DNA of 64,000 bases from Camelus ferus (GCF_009834535.1 NC_045697.1:110610001-110674000); one strand, 5' to 3'. Counted from the stretch's first letter, positions 14,585 through 28,319 are shown. Translations and numbers: made by a program. Notes: generated by a model not told the origin, from the sequence alone.

Positions 14585-15205
14585 TGATGTAGGAAAACAG
14601 ATGTGAGGTGTGAGAAGGGCCGTGTCCCAGGCTTCGGTTGAGCCCCTGGGACGTGCCCCGCCAAGTATGCATCCTTGGCTTCACGCAGGAAAGAATTCAA
14701 GAGTGAGCCACGTTGAGTGAAGGTAGATTTATTCAGAGAGATAACATTTAAAGGCAAGAGAGAGGCCACGAGGTGTGGGGGTTGGGTGCTCAGATTAAAA
14801 GTAGGTACACACTCCATAGACAGAATGTGGGCCAGCTCAGAAGAAGGAGAGAGAGGGAGAGGGGGCGGCCACGCAGTTTTTATGGGCTCAGTGGCTTCAT
14901 ATGCTTATAAGCGGACAGGCCAGTCTAAGTAGCCTGGGGAGGGGGCTGGGATTCCCAGGGAGTTGGCCATTTCCCACTCTTTGACCATTTGTGGCTAGCC
15001 TTGGGACTGCCATGGTGCCTGTAGGCATGTTATTCATCATGCTAACATATTACAATAAGCATATAATGACACTCAAGGTCTAATAGAGGTTAAATCTCCC
15101 ATCATCTAGAGCCTCAAGGCCTCCTGGGGGTTGAACCTTTCACCATTTTGATGTTAATTGCTGTAGCTTTCCTTGAATGGCTGTGCCCTGCCCCCCTCCT
15201 GTCTC
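14585..15205 (-). mobile_element. Solo ERV LTR (family A, inverted)
   Basis: Reverse-complement homologue of 10591-11243; TG...CA termini; flanks gaac/gaat. Confidence 0.85.
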
Positions 15206-16228
15206 AGAATAACTTGAGTCCTGCTTTCTGCCTGGAGACCTGAGAGATGGTCAGCCCCACCCAGAGCTCCTGTGCCAGTAGGACCCCAGAAAGAGAGTAG
15301 AGGTGTCTACCCGGAGCTGCCAGGGGTAACAAACCAGGCTGAGGCATCCTCAGGAAGAACCCCAGCCAGTTCCTTCCCACGTGGCTGAGAGAGACCCGCA
15401 GGCCTGGGCGGACCTGGCCTGTGTCAGAGATTGGGCTGGACTCCAGGATTTCAAGGTTAGAACAAGAAAAGTTTCTGTGACAGACACCCATGGAAACAGC
15501 GACAGCCCAAAGAAGAGGAGTGACACCATCCAGAAACTGAGTGGGGCTACGTCCCAGCAGCTGTCAGGGACTAATCATTTGCCCTAGAGTTACGTCACCC
15601 TGTATAAGCGAGACAGGGAAAAAAATCGAATTTCTCTGAGACGATTCCTAAAAACAAGCTTGTACTTAAGGCAGGTAGTTTCAAATCAATTTAATTATTT
15701 TAGGACTCATACTGGGGAAAATGCGGTACCTAACAGACGTTCAGGTAAGCTGTAGGGAAGTAAAGCTATATTTTGCACACCCCAGCTTGTGACCTGAGTA
15801 CTTCTGCTAGCCATTGAATTAGAATTTGACTTCCAGGGGATGTTTCCCTAAGTGTGCCAGCCAGTAGAAATGTCTGCGTTCTTTGGCAGTCATATTTCTT
15901 CGCATTGCTAAACCCTTGGCTAATTTAGCTTGTATGTCTGACTTTTAATGCGCTTAACTTGTGTAAATCCAAGCTGGAGAGGCGGACTCACACTCAGGGG
16001 CCTGGCAGTAATGAACGGCTGAATCTGCAGGGGGAGGTCAATCCCTGACATGGTGACACCTCTCAGATGAGGCTCTCCTGGGGTCCCATTAGTGTGAGCA
16101 CTTTTTTGGAACCCCTCAAACTGAGAGCACAGAGGCTAAGTCTTACTTACCTTTTCATCCAGTGTCAATATTAGCTCCTGCTGATAGGAGTTCTCAGTAA
16201 ATGTTAAAAAAAATGAGCCAAATACATG

Positions 16229-16694
16229 TGTGAAGGAAAAAACCGGGCTGGTCTAACAGGATAACTCACAAGTCTAGGAATGTGAAGGAGAGGCTGGGCT
16301 GGGCTAACGAGATAACTCACAAGTCTAAGTATTGGCATACTGATCTGAGTTCCGCTGGACCAACTTGTAAATCTAAGTTAATTAGTGTTGGTTTGCTGTT
16401 TATGTGTTTTTGCTAGCCAGCTGGATTTTCAAAGATACATATCTGGCTTTGGAATGTTGGTTTGCTGCCTCCCCACCTCCACTTTTGTGATGATAATGCT
16501 GCTAAAGCTGTTCCATGCCTATTGGCCGAATACCCCAAGCTTGTACTTTACCCTATAAAACCTCATGTGCACGTCTTGGAGGTGCTCAGAGCTTCGGAGC
16601 AGAAGCCCCACTGAGCCCGCCGGCGTAATACATCTGAGTACTCCAACCCTCCGAGTGGTGCTTGCTTCTTGACTGGCCTGTCGTTTCCGTAACA
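16229..16694 (+). mobile_element. Young solo ERV LTR with duplicated 5' block
   Basis: tgtgaagg ... cgtaaca; perfect TSD catg (16225-16228, 16695-16698); TATAAAA at 16554; many CpGs retained. Confidence 0.85.
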
Positions 16695-17190
16695 CATGTT
16701 CTCTCCTTTTGATTCTTAGTGTCTTTCCCAACCTTGCTAACTTAGTCCTTTCCTCGCAGACAGCGTTTTCCTTTCTGGAGAGGGTGGCGCCCCCAGGAGG
16801 GTTTTCTGTGCTGCTGCTTTGAGAGGCACAGGGTCAGACACTCACTCATGAGTGAGGATGCCTGAGGACCACAGGAGGTAAGTGCTGAAGGAGGGGAGAG
16901 GCGGGAGAGACCCAAACGGACCTCACAGCCCACCTGTGGAACAAATCATTTGGGCAGGGCTTATTTTAAATCTCATGTCTCAGTGACCCTCTATGGGAGG
17001 GAAAATATTCACCAGTCTTGAGCGTAGTTCTCCACAAAGAAGAGTCTGTGTCTTGGTGGCAGAACGCAGGAGGAGGTTCCCGTTGGATCATCTCAAACCC
17101 ATCTGCTGTGCCTGAGCGTGTGAGCATCACAGGCTGGCTCAGTGGTTCTGTGTCCTGTCTGGTTTGTGTGGCTCTCAGTGTCTGCTGTTA

Positions 17191-17397
17191 AGTGGACCGC
17201 TTTGCCCTCAGGAGACATTTGGCAATGTCTGGAGACATTGTCACAACCGTGGGGGGAAATGCTATTAGTGGATAGCATTTTCTAGTGGGTAGAGACCAAG
17301 GATGCTGGTTAACATCCTACCCAGCACGGGAGAGCCCTCACAGTGAAAAGTTATCTGGCCTAAAATATCAGTAGTGTTGCTGCTGGTAAGAAACCCT
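17191..17397 (+). mobile_element. MER20 hAT-Charlie element
   Basis: ggagacatttggcaatgtctggagacattgtcacaac ... caaggatgctggttaacatcctac ... aagaaaccct. Confidence 0.8.
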
Positions 17398-17664
17398 ACA
17401 TTTTAATTTAAACTGTATTAAAAATACAAATGTCCCCCAAACAATTTACTAGTATGTGTTAGTCACATCTCAGGCACAACAACCATAGCAAGATTACCAC
17501 ACTGAATGGACAGTATTTAAAACATCACTTGATAAGCAGATGAAAAATATAACCCTTGCCTTTGTCAGAAGTGGTCAAAGAGTGGAGTGGCAGTGATCTT
17601 AGCACCCATCAAGTGTATACAGGCGGCACATCGCTGCTGGCTGTTTTGTCGAGAACCGTGGAGA

Positions 17665-18101
17665 TGATGCAGGTAGATTCTGTTGCACTGCAGGGGATGC
17701 TGTGTACACAGCCTGCATCTCCCACCTCTGGAGGTGAGACACTGAGAGGCTGGGCTGAACACTCTCAGCTGAGTCCCACCCCAAGAATTGCCCTTGGCGG
17801 TGGAGAGCAGCTTAGCCCAAGGTCACCCTTAGAGACCTCCTCAGTCAGCTTGAGTTTAACAACTGGTCCAAGAGGGGATGTAAAGGCTTGTCTTCTTGCC
17901 CCAGTTTAAGACTACGCTGAAGGGCGCTCCCAGCTCTGAGGTCCCAGCGGGAGCACCTGAGGCCTCTGTGCGACGACAGAGCAGACCAAGTCCTCCCCCT
18001 GCCCAGTCCTCCGTCCTTCCTCCTCCACAGCCCTCGATGCTACAGGCCCTTCCCAGTAAACTTTCTCATAGTATGTTTCCCAGGGAACTCATGCTGTGAC
18101 A
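17665..18101 (+). mobile_element. LTR16-like ERVL LTR
   Basis: tctcagctgagtccc, gaattgccctt, tccccctgcccagtcct and the terminal tttcccagggaac...tgtgaca resemble LTR16. Confidence 0.6.
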
Positions 18102-20089
18102 TGCACAGATTTAATACTTTTGGGCAAATTTAACAGTACCATGTAATGATCTTTTTTGGACACATTAAGATTTCAGAACTGCACTGAGTGAAATCAATAA
18201 TTCACACAAGAACATTTTGTGTCCCTGTGCATCTCAAGAGGTTGGAGGGAAAGTGAGAGAAAGAATGTTCAGTAGATACAAAGCTACTTCTTGAAATGAT
18301 GTACAGTGTTCTGCTGGAAGTACGGTGTGAGTAAACCACGTGATGTCACCCGACCGGACCAGTCACTTTCTTATGCAAAAGTCTCAGTTTCTGTTTTTTT
18401 TTTTTTTTTTTTTTTTTCCGGCCAATATCCACATGCCATTTATGGAAACTGACCAGATGGACTATGACATGGGACGGACTCTGTAGGACAGCCTGGCCAC
18501 GCACCTTGTAATCCTGTGTTCAGAGAAGCCCATCGCTTCCCCTTCAAATGGGAAGAAAAATATTTGATTTATTGTCTTTAGCATCAACACGTGCTTAAAT
18601 CCTTTTTAAACACCTCGATTGTGATATGATTCCTGTACAGTAAACTACACATATTTCAGATGTAACATGTGCTTAAATCTTAAAGAGGGAAAAATAGCAT
18701 TTTTTTTTCCTATTTCAATTTGTATTTCTAATGGAGGCAAAAACAGTTTAGCAAAGGCCTTTCAGCTCTTTCCACAGATGAATCTCCATTTTGATGTAAA
18801 TTACATTTATATAATGGGATTTGTTCTCCGAATTCTTTTACTGTCTGTAGCTTGATTCATCTCATTTGCAGCCGCTACAGAAGACATGAGAAGAAAAGTA
18901 CTGCTGTGTGCAAGATGAGGGGCACTGATTTTTTTTCTGTTATTGGTTATAAGACTAATGTAGATGCATATTGATAACAAATGCAGAGCAGACAAAAGTG
19001 TGTGGGTTTAATGAGGAGCTGGAAGAAAGGTGGAGATGGAATTACATCCCAGTGGGATTAGCTTCCTGGTGCCTATTCCTTAAGCATTTTGAACCACCAG
19101 GGATTTATTTCATGTTGGCATCCAGTCAGAAGGCATTGTATCACACTCCTTTCTCTATTTAAGTCTAATTGAAGGTGATTTTATCCCTGATGCGTGCCCA
19201 TAGTGTTAGAATGCTCAAAATCAGATTTACATTGGGATAGCGCAGGACTAAATTTCTGTTTTTCTTTTTGCTCCCAGCTATCCCACTCTCGTATTTATGT
19301 CACTCTCCTTCCTCCTTTGATAAGGCAAAGTGTTTTCATCAAATCTCATTTATTTCCATCCATTTTCTGCCCAGGGATAGATTGGGCAGGTTTCAACATT
19401 TTTTTTAGTTTAGGAAGTTGAGACATGAAAAGTGTTGCCCTGACAACAGATATTGTGCTGAGACTCAATAAGGTGTCATCACATTTGGTGGCAACCAGAA
19501 GAACAGGAGGAAGGCAAATCAAAATTTAATTTCTGTGAAGGTCAGAATACACAGCAGAACTCCTTAATGGAGCCCATTTTGTCAGGTTCCTATTTGTCAT
19601 CACTTGACTTGAGGCCGATTTGAAATTTCTATTTTCACACTTTGTGGATATTGTCTTGTAAGCCCATTTCTGGAGGAACGCATGGAACTTGCCAGAGAAG
19701 AACATTTGAAATTTATCTTGAGAACTGCAAATAAACCTGATCTGTTGATTAAAGAAGACCCAGCACAAACGCTACTTGACACTAAATCTGAGCAGTGAGT
19801 CCCAGGATGTGGAGGATTAAGACACATGATGAGCAGGACTTTAGCCGTTGTAATACAAAACATGATTTTAACTGAAAGAAAATAAAACAAACAAAAGCTG
19901 ACATTATCATCATTATTATTTTTGTCTCCCATTTCCTCTTCCTCTTCTGAGTGGAGGGAAGGAGCAGGTATCCAGGGTAGTGAAAGGACTTCTTGGAAAT
20001 TGTCGAGGGTATTGGGAGCCTGAGAAGACCGTTGTGGAAACAAGGACCTCAAACTCAAATTTTAAATGAGGGCTCCATCCCTTGCCACT

Positions 20090-20220
20090 CATTTTCTTTT
20101 GGAGGAGGCAGTAACTAGATTTACTTACTTAGTTGTTTTTCTTGATGGAGGTAGCGGGGATTGAACCCAGGACCTCGTGCAGGCCAAGCACGCACTCTTA
20201 CCACTTGAGCTATACCCTCC
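20090..20220 (-). mobile_element. tRNA-derived SINE (camelid vic-1-like)
   Basis: Minus strand GGAGGGTATAGCTCAAGTGGTAAGAG...GGTTCAATCCCC (A and B boxes); TSD ctccatccYttgcYact at 20073-20089 and 20221-20237. Confidence 0.85.
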
Positions 20221-20244
20221 CTCCATCCTTTGCTACTGATGGTA

Positions 20245-20899
20245 TGTACACAGCAGGAGGGTCGACTCACTGGACTTGGTGGTGAATCCCTAGGCTTCTT
20301 AGGTTCGTAAGATCACGAATGTTCTTTTATGCTTTTATGTGGAACTAGCTTAGTACGTCTCGAGCAAGCGGACGGGTTCTCTTAAAGAGGAACCACTTTA
20401 CTCTGTAATCGAGGCCTCTCTTCCTTCCTCCTTTCCTCCTTTCTTCCTTCCTCTCTCAAATTGTTCTTTTCTTTCTCAGTGGACAGGACAGCCTTGGCTG
20501 TGGACATCCTGTGTCGAGGGCACTGAGGTGGCTTTAGGCACAGGAGCAGGGAGTGGCGTTCCGGTGTCTCAGGACACATCCTGCCCTCCCTCATCAGAGT
20601 CCTAAATCCTGTTATTCAGGGAAGTTCCTGGTTCCTTACAACCATTCAGGTACCTGTGCACGAATTAATCATGCAGCTCCCTTGCTCCTTGTGTTCACAG
20701 CCCCTTCCCCAATAAAAGTCCTTGCACGTCCACCGTCGGGGGGCCCCACAGGTACCTCCCTTCTGTGTGGCCCGCTGTTGCCTGTAGCAGTGTAACTCTC
20801 AAACTTTCCTTTTGTTCTTAACTCCTGTGGTCTTGGCTAAATGCGTTAAATTCTTTTACACCCACACGCACTGGCCTTCCGTGCGTCTCACACGCAGCA
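20245..20899 (+). mobile_element. Probable solo LTR (unrecognised family)
   Basis: TG...CA termini, AATAAA at 20711, flanks tggta/tggtc, CpG-rich relative to its surroundings. Confidence 0.6.
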
Positions 20900-21310
20900 T
20901 GGTCATCTGAAGACGTGTTCTCATCACCAAAATGAGTATCACAGAGGCTCACCAGTATTCCCACTTTAATCGTCCTGAATCCGCACCGACGAAAGGAAGT
21001 TTTCTTACAACTTCATTCTCTGTTGCAAGTACTAAATGTTGAATGTTATCAACAAGGCATTTTGAGGTATAATTAGTGTCTGGGAAGCTTCTGCAAAGAG
21101 GGAATTCAAAGTTTCTCTACCCTGTATCACTCTGATAATGTTCTAGAGAGGGTTTAGGGCAAGAGCTTTCACTCTCAAAAGGAGATGTGCTGTGCAAATG
21201 CTAGAACATTCTGCGGGCACTCTTTCCTTTTCTAGAGCTGGTGTTCCCTGAGCAGGTCACTTGGATGTCTTCTCTTCTTCTGTGTGCCTGGACTTACGAA
21301 TCTGGCTCAA

Positions 21311-21456
21311 AGTGGGGGGATAGCTAAGTGGCACAGTGCATGCTTAGCATGCATAAGGTCCTGGGATCCTGCCCCAGTACCTCCATTAAAAAAAAAAAGA
21401 ATTACACACAGATTAATTATAAAAGAAATTAATAATAAAAAAATAAATTAAACAAA
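21311..21456 (+). mobile_element. tRNA-derived SINE (vic-1-like)
   Basis: gggggatagctaagtggcacagtgcatgcttagcatgc..., A-rich tail, perfect TSD gaatctggctcaa (21298-21310, 21457-21469). Confidence 0.85.
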
Positions 21457-22163
21457 GAATCTGGCTCAAGCAGCCCTAACCAGCTCTCACTTTTACTTTT
21501 CCCACATGCAACCAAATTTACTGCTACCATATCAGCCTGAAAAGCCTAGGGTAGCTGGCCTGGGGCAGCTTTAATGTAAGTACTGAGTAATCTGATCCCT
21601 TTTCCACCCTTGTCTCCACCTCCAGCATCCCCGGCCTTATGGGATATGGATTTTCTTTTTACTGGAGTGTTAAGATTCAGGATCTGTTTCCCCGTCTCTG
21701 TTTTAACGTCTTCTGACCACCCTCACTTATCCTTCTCTAAACGCTGCTGAAACTCATAGCTCCCTCTAGCGGACAGTCCCTGCAGAGCGCGCTGCCGGCT
21801 GTGGGCCCCGCAGACGAGGTCTCCCTTTCGCTCTGGATGCTGGGAGTCTTCTCAACATCCATCAACACCTCCCGCATTAACACTGGCCCCTTCTCCAGCC
21901 TGGCTTGATGTAAACCAAGAGGGTAGTCCCCTTCTCCTCGCCACAGTTCTGGTAATGTGCTACGCCAGTTAGTGCCTTGCATGGTCCCCGCTACAAGGGA
22001 TAGTTGGGGATGGTTCCATTACTGAAAATCTGAGGAATTTTGTTCAATGGTTGTAGAAATCAAGCTCTGTTTCTTAATGGTGAGATGAGAACACAGCGGT
22101 CACTTTCCTGCAGCCGTAGTGAGACAGTTCCGGGATGGCCCTGAGCATGCCGGGCACTGTGTC

Positions 22164-22164
22164 T

Positions 22165-22242
<78 letters not shown>

Positions 22243-22385
22243 ATTATTATTATTATTACTATTATTATTATTATTTATTTTTATACTCTCTTGTTTTCTA
22301 ATTTCTTTTTTTCTTAATTGAAATATAGTCGATTTACAATGTTGTGTTAATTTCCAGTGTGCAGCATAGTGATTCATTTTGCAAA
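22164..22385 (-). mobile_element. Very short L1 3' end whose tail became a (TTA)n microsatellite
   Basis: TSD gggcactgtgtc (22152-22163, 22386-22397); L1 terminal sequence at 22315-22380. Confidence 0.8.
22167..22273. repeat. (TTA)n microsatellite, ~35 units with 2 interruptions
   Basis: Read directly from the sequence. Confidence 0.98.
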
Positions 22386-25300
22386 GGGCACTGTGTCCTT
22401 ATGATGTCACTGTATAAACCAGCTCTGAGGTTTATCCAGCCTCTGGGCTTCCCGATAAGACTGACTAATACATTCCTCTTGTTGCTGAATATAGTTGGAC
22501 ATTTATTCTTAATCACCATTGCAGACCTCTTACTAGATGTAATAATGGGCCGTTCCCCTGTGTGCACCAGATTTCAGGAACTCCTCATTAGGTATGAGAG
22601 TGCTAGTTTGGACTCATGTACCTTGGGTAAGGCTGCCTGAAAGAGAAAGAAAAATACACAAAAGTTTGTGCTGTCTGGGGTTGAAGAGGCCATGTGGGAA
22701 CAAAACCTTCACTCTTGTAAACCTCAGAGTTCAGAGGCACAGAGAGGAACTTGTTTTTGTTTAATACACTAAAAGCAAAAGAGCAACCAAAATATAGCTG
22801 TTTGGAAGAGGAAGAAGAGGTATTTTAAGATCCGACTTTACAGTTTTAAATTGTAAACCTGTCTCACTAAAGCTTTCAGCACAAGGCTTGAAACACAGAA
22901 GCCTTGTGAAAGTGGATTCCAGTGGCAAAAAGGAACCAGCTTTCAGTTTTACATCTGGGTTGACATGGTAGAGAGGAAGGTTACAATGACCCATAAGCTA
23001 AAACAGGAGTCAGAGTCAGACGGTCATCTGAATCCACGAGACTCCATCCCTCCACGTGCTGGAGTAATTGGAGGAATGAAGGGCTATTCTATCTCCCCTC
23101 CTGGGATATGATTCAACCTTATTTTATTTGACTGGCCAAAGACAGGGTTATTTATTTATTTATTTATTTTGGTAAAACCATTTGAGTTACATACAAAAGA
23201 GAAAAACTACAGTATCCATACTTCGGATTTGTACGGATGAGAAACAAAGACAATCTAAATCTAGCCTGAGATAGCTTAAGGGTGGTGCTGTTTCTAATTC
23301 TAAATTAAAGTCTGTGGGAAATAAATTGTTATAATTAAAATGAACAGTTTTGAATTTAGATATTTTTCACAATCATGTTGTTATTTTAAGCCATCTCACA
23401 TGTCACTTTAGGGATGGACACCATTGATTCTCTTTTCCTTGTTCATGTGATAGAGGACGCACATTTGTCCATGTTCTTGTATTGACTACAAGCCCATTCC
23501 TTGTGTTTCGTGTTTCATATTTAAGAAAGTGAGCATCTCTTTGTGAACCTGACACTTTGAGCTTGGGTTTACTATGTACCAGAAATAAATGAATTTGTTC
23601 CAAAAGTATAAAAAGACCTTGTCTTAGCTGGAACAAAAAAAAAAAAAGGCAGAAAAGCAAATGTCAGAGTTATAATGTGTAGCTTTTCAGATTTGATACA
23701 GAAAAGAGAATTATGATATTTTATGCATTACTGGCACCATACAATTTATTTTCCATAGAAAAATATAAATGAAATGGAAGTTGAAGTGTAATTTATTTAT
23801 TAACCAGATGTAAATTTATACCTGGTGGCAGGAAATAAGGAAAAAAGGAAGAGCTGTCTCCAGTCATACTTTGGGCTGAGAAAGTCCTCAGATCTCTTTG
23901 GCTCCGTCAAGCTGATGCTGAGGGCATTGTGGGGGCAGCTTGAGTCATGAACTGACACTGGAGCGGTTACCATCCTCTCACCAAAGCCGCCTGAAGCCAC
24001 TTCAGCTTCTCCCATGTCCCCAGTTCCTCCTGTCCTCTTCTCCTTGGTTCACAAGCTACTGGACTAATTGGGGGAACGGGTTGGGTAGGTGAGAGAGTGA
24101 AAACCAAACAGGGATTGATTAAACCATGATGACACATCCATACAACGGATTCCAGGGAGTCCCTTAAAGTCATGTTGTTGAATTTGATATGAGAAAGATG
24201 TAATAAACAAAAAAGGCTGCAGGTAATAATGTACTAGAGTACATTTGTGCCCATAGTACATAAGTTAATTCGTTAAAAAAAGGACAGGAAGGAAAATATC
24301 GAAAGACTAGCAGGGATTGTCTTTGAAGTGTGGAGATTAGGAATGATTTTCAACTCAGGTTTTGTTTTCGGTTTTTCATTTTTGAAGACTTCTTCATTGA
24401 GATGGGTATTAGAACAAAAGGTGTATGCCATTTGGTTAGAATACAGAATACTGAAGATAACTGTGTAATATCTGAAGACAAATCAGCCTTAGGCTCATCT
24501 AGATCAGAGAATGAAAGTATATTTAAAAATGGTGCTTAGGGTAGATATGCAAAATGTGGAATTTAGAGGCCAGGATCCTAGTGGGGCTGAGGGCCCCTGG
24601 ACTAAAAGGATGCAGAGAGCTCAGAGCCTCAGTCCTCTAGCAGACTAAAGGATACTCCGAGGTAGCCCATTTTCTGTTACCTGCTCCATGAGGAGTAGGG
24701 GTGGGGCTAAATATAGCTTAATGTTGTGATCATTCTGATTAGGGTTGTACCAGCAAATCAGAGTTGACTGGGATCCCCAAAACTCTGGGCACCATCTTGG
24801 GTTCTTCTAACTCCCTTCAAGACTGAAGTTTATTCACAGGGTGACTTAGGCAAAAACTTGGATGGGGTGGGGCATACTGGGAAGTTTGGTTATATTACTT
24901 ATTGAGGGTCATAGCTTTGGTAATAGAATGTGAGAAGGCTGCAGTCACCACATTTCCAACAAATGGGACATAGGAATAATGTCATTATTACCATTTGCAT
25001 CCCATGAATATTTTACCTCCTTAACATTCTGGGATTTAATAAATGCAGATATGAGGTTAGGTGTTTGGATTTCCTTAAAAAAATCCAAATGTAAGCATGT
25101 GTTATGGTGTTCAATAAGCTCTGAAAATACATTAGAAAAAGAAAGTTTAAGCAGGAAGGAGCAACAAGCTCCATATTTAACATTCTTCCTTAAGGCGGGG
25201 CTGAATTCCTGAAGATTATCTCGTCATTGCCAGTTGCATAGCCACAATCCCTAGGTGTTTCCAGGAGCCTTAACAGAACCTGTGGATTCCCTACTTGGGT

Positions 25301-26689
25301 GATGTGGCAGTGGATCATTGTTCTAGGAACAATGATTAGACCAATTAACAACTCCATGTTTATTACTTGTCTCCTATGTCTTAGGCAGGAGAAGATAACA
25401 TAATGAAAAAGACAGGGAACCCTATTTAAAAGACATTTTTGTACGTATTCCTAAATGTACTTTTACTTAATTGAGATCAGTAGGTTCCTACTTTTTGTAT
25501 TCTACTACTTTTTCTTGATTTGTTTTATTTTATTTGTGGATGGGGTTCAGTAGCTATGGTGAACTGCATTGGACGCTTTTGATGTCTCACCCGCCTCCCA
25601 TTGATAGCTCCTACTCCTGCTGAAGGCTGGCTACTCACAGCTCATAGCAGCTCCCTCCCTGGACAATTACCCATGGCCAAATGGGAACCAAATCAACAGG
25701 GTGGTTCTCTCCTTGTTTTTTCACCCTTCCCTCCACCGAAGACCCTGCCCAATGACTGACTGACACAGGGATACAGAAAACTGCCTTCTTGCATTAAGGA
25801 GTGGTCATCCCTGGGGTCTCCAGTCGAGGCCACATGATGGCTGAGCTCCCCCCACTTCCCTGAGGTTCCTCCTAAGAGCGTTCCCTCAATATATGCCCTT
25901 CACAAAAACCCCCACCTCAGTCTCCAGCCAGGCACTGTAGTATATACATATAATATATTAAAAAATACATACATACACAACTACTTTTATTCCCAAGTGG
26001 AGATTTTGGGATGTATATTTCAGACATGTAAAAGCAGAGCTTTTCTATTACTCTTGATTTTGTCTAGCTTGAAGAATATTTGCAGCTGAGAATTCAGCCC
26101 AGATATTATTTGTGCTGAAAGGAGACTCAACTACTGAATCGTGGTTTATCTGTACATCTGTCCCACAGAGGTAGATTTCAGTTAGATTGGAGAATTACTG
26201 AGAGGTGAGATTTTTTTTTTTTTAAATTATGGAAAGGGTTTATTTTGGCGTTGCTGACTACAGTTTCAATCTCCTCTCTGCATGGCGATTACATATCTCT
26301 AACCTAAACAGTTCTTTTTGATTGTCTTGCCTTTCAGGCATCCTCCAGCTAGGGATCTAGGGACTGAAGATGCAGCTTCCATCTAAGATAACGGGAATCC
26401 GCACCTGGAAGCCAGAGCCTTGTCTCTGCCTCTGTGGATTACTAGCGTTACATTTTGTTGATTTTCTTTACTGTCCCCTAAACTTGGAATAATCTCTCTC
26501 TTCATTATAAGATCTTTCATCTCCTTCCCTCCTTCCTGTATTCCACTTGCAGAGAGGCAGCAGAGTGAAGAATGCCAGCTCTGGGGTCTGACTGCCTGAC
26601 TTGAGTGCTGCTTCCAACACTACTGGCTCTTGCCCTTAGAGCAAGTCCCTGAATTGCTCTGAGTTGGTTTCCTTATCTGTAAAAACATT

Positions 26690-27045
26690 TAGCAAGGACT
26701 TTCTGTATAGCACAGGGAACTATATTCAATTTCTTGTAATGAGCTGTAATGGAAAGGAATCTGAAAAAACATATATACATGTATGCATATGTATAACAAT
26801 CACTTTGCTGTACACATGATTCTAATATTGTAAACAGATGACATTTCAATAAAAACTAAGAAAAAAAATTAAGTAAATAAATTAGGTACAAGGATGTAGG
26901 GTATAGCACAGGGAATACAGCCAATATTTTATAATAATTTTAAATGGATTATAAAAATATTGAATCACTGTTTTGTACACCTGAAGCTAATATAATATTA
27001 TAAATCAATGGTACTTTGATAGACATTAAAATAATTAATTAATTA
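26690..27045 (+). mobile_element. Two adjacent L1 3' ends inside a MIR (MIR halves ~26550-26685 and ~27060-27150)
   Basis: tatagcacagggaa...tgtacac occurs twice, each followed by an A-rich tail; MIR-like ccttatctgtaaaa on the left and agaatagtgcctgg on the right. Confidence 0.75.
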
Positions 27046-28319
27046 ATTTTAAAAATTCGCTCTATAGTGCTGTTGTGAGTCAACGAGTTAAAACATGTAT
27101 AGTATTTAGAATAGTGCCTGGGACTTTGCAATTGCTCATAAATGTTAGTCAGTAGTAATCGCTAGCTGGTAGTTAGTTATTCCAGCTCTACCCAAGGCAT
27201 TCTGAGGGCTGCAGAGATGGGAAGGAGAAAACTCTTGGTTCCGGGTGGAAGAAAAGAGAGCTCCTCGGGAACCCAGAGGCCCTGCATTTGGGGGGGGGGG
27301 GCTCACTTTCCCATTCTTGTTTGCCACCATGTCTCACTCTGTCATCTTCCACCTTTGTCTGAGGAAGAGTCTTCGGCAACTCATGCATTAACCCCATGGG
27401 TCGGGGCCCACCTGGGACTCCCAGGTGCTGGGATTGGCATGTTCTGTGGGTACGTTATCCACAAGCCCCACCCCCAAGCCCTTGTCACCTGGGCTGTCTC
27501 TAAATGGATGCAGAGACCCGCTTCCTCTGGACAGATCCTCCTTCCTGTGCAGCCACTAAGCTGAAGAAGCTTTGTCCTGACCAGTGATGTTTGCTAATCT
27601 CTTAGGTGTCATCATTTTCAGGTTGACTGCTTCACTTTATCCTTAATTTCAGTCTAAATTTAAGCGTGATTTACCTCAATTTTTCTTAAAACTGAGGAAA
27701 TTGTTTTAAGAAATAGAAAATATCACACAACGGGAAAGAACCAGAATAGTTATGCAGATAGCATTTCCATGAACATATTCTGTATGAAAAGGACAACTTC
27801 ATAGCTGGTACACAGAATGGGTTTTTTCCCTTCCCCTTTCTTTATAAACAAGTTTACTTTTTTTTCCGCTGATAATAGAAGCTATATATGGACATTGAAG
27901 GCAATTTAGAAAATGGAATTAAGAAAAAATATGAATTCACAATCCCCCTATATGTAGTGGGGTAATATTTTGGTAAACTGGTAACCTCCTTCTGGGCTTT
28001 TTTTTAGGGGGGTAAAAAAAAACAACCTTGTATTAGAAAAGATGCTATTACTCCATTTCCTTTTTGAACATCTTTTGTGTATATTTTAATTCCCACTTTT
28101 TACAGCTATAAAATGTATCTCTTCTACTTAAATCCTAAGTGTGCAAAAAATTTAAAGTTTAAAATTTTTGCATCGATGGAGGTAATTATTAAATACAAAC
28201 CAAGGTGCTTTTAAGAATTTTAAAAATCAGTGTTCTGAAAGAAAGAAAAAAAAAAGAGATAATGGAGAATTCCTCTTGTAATCTTTCTGGTCAGATGTGT
28301 AATTATAGTATCTTGGAGC

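Noticed and set aside
20140..20220. tRNA gene (also at 21311 and 42600)
   Set aside because: TSDs, tails and degenerate stems mark these as SINEs.
22119..22317. Poly-Ile and poly-Leu ORFs
   Set aside because: They are translations of the (TTA)n repeat.
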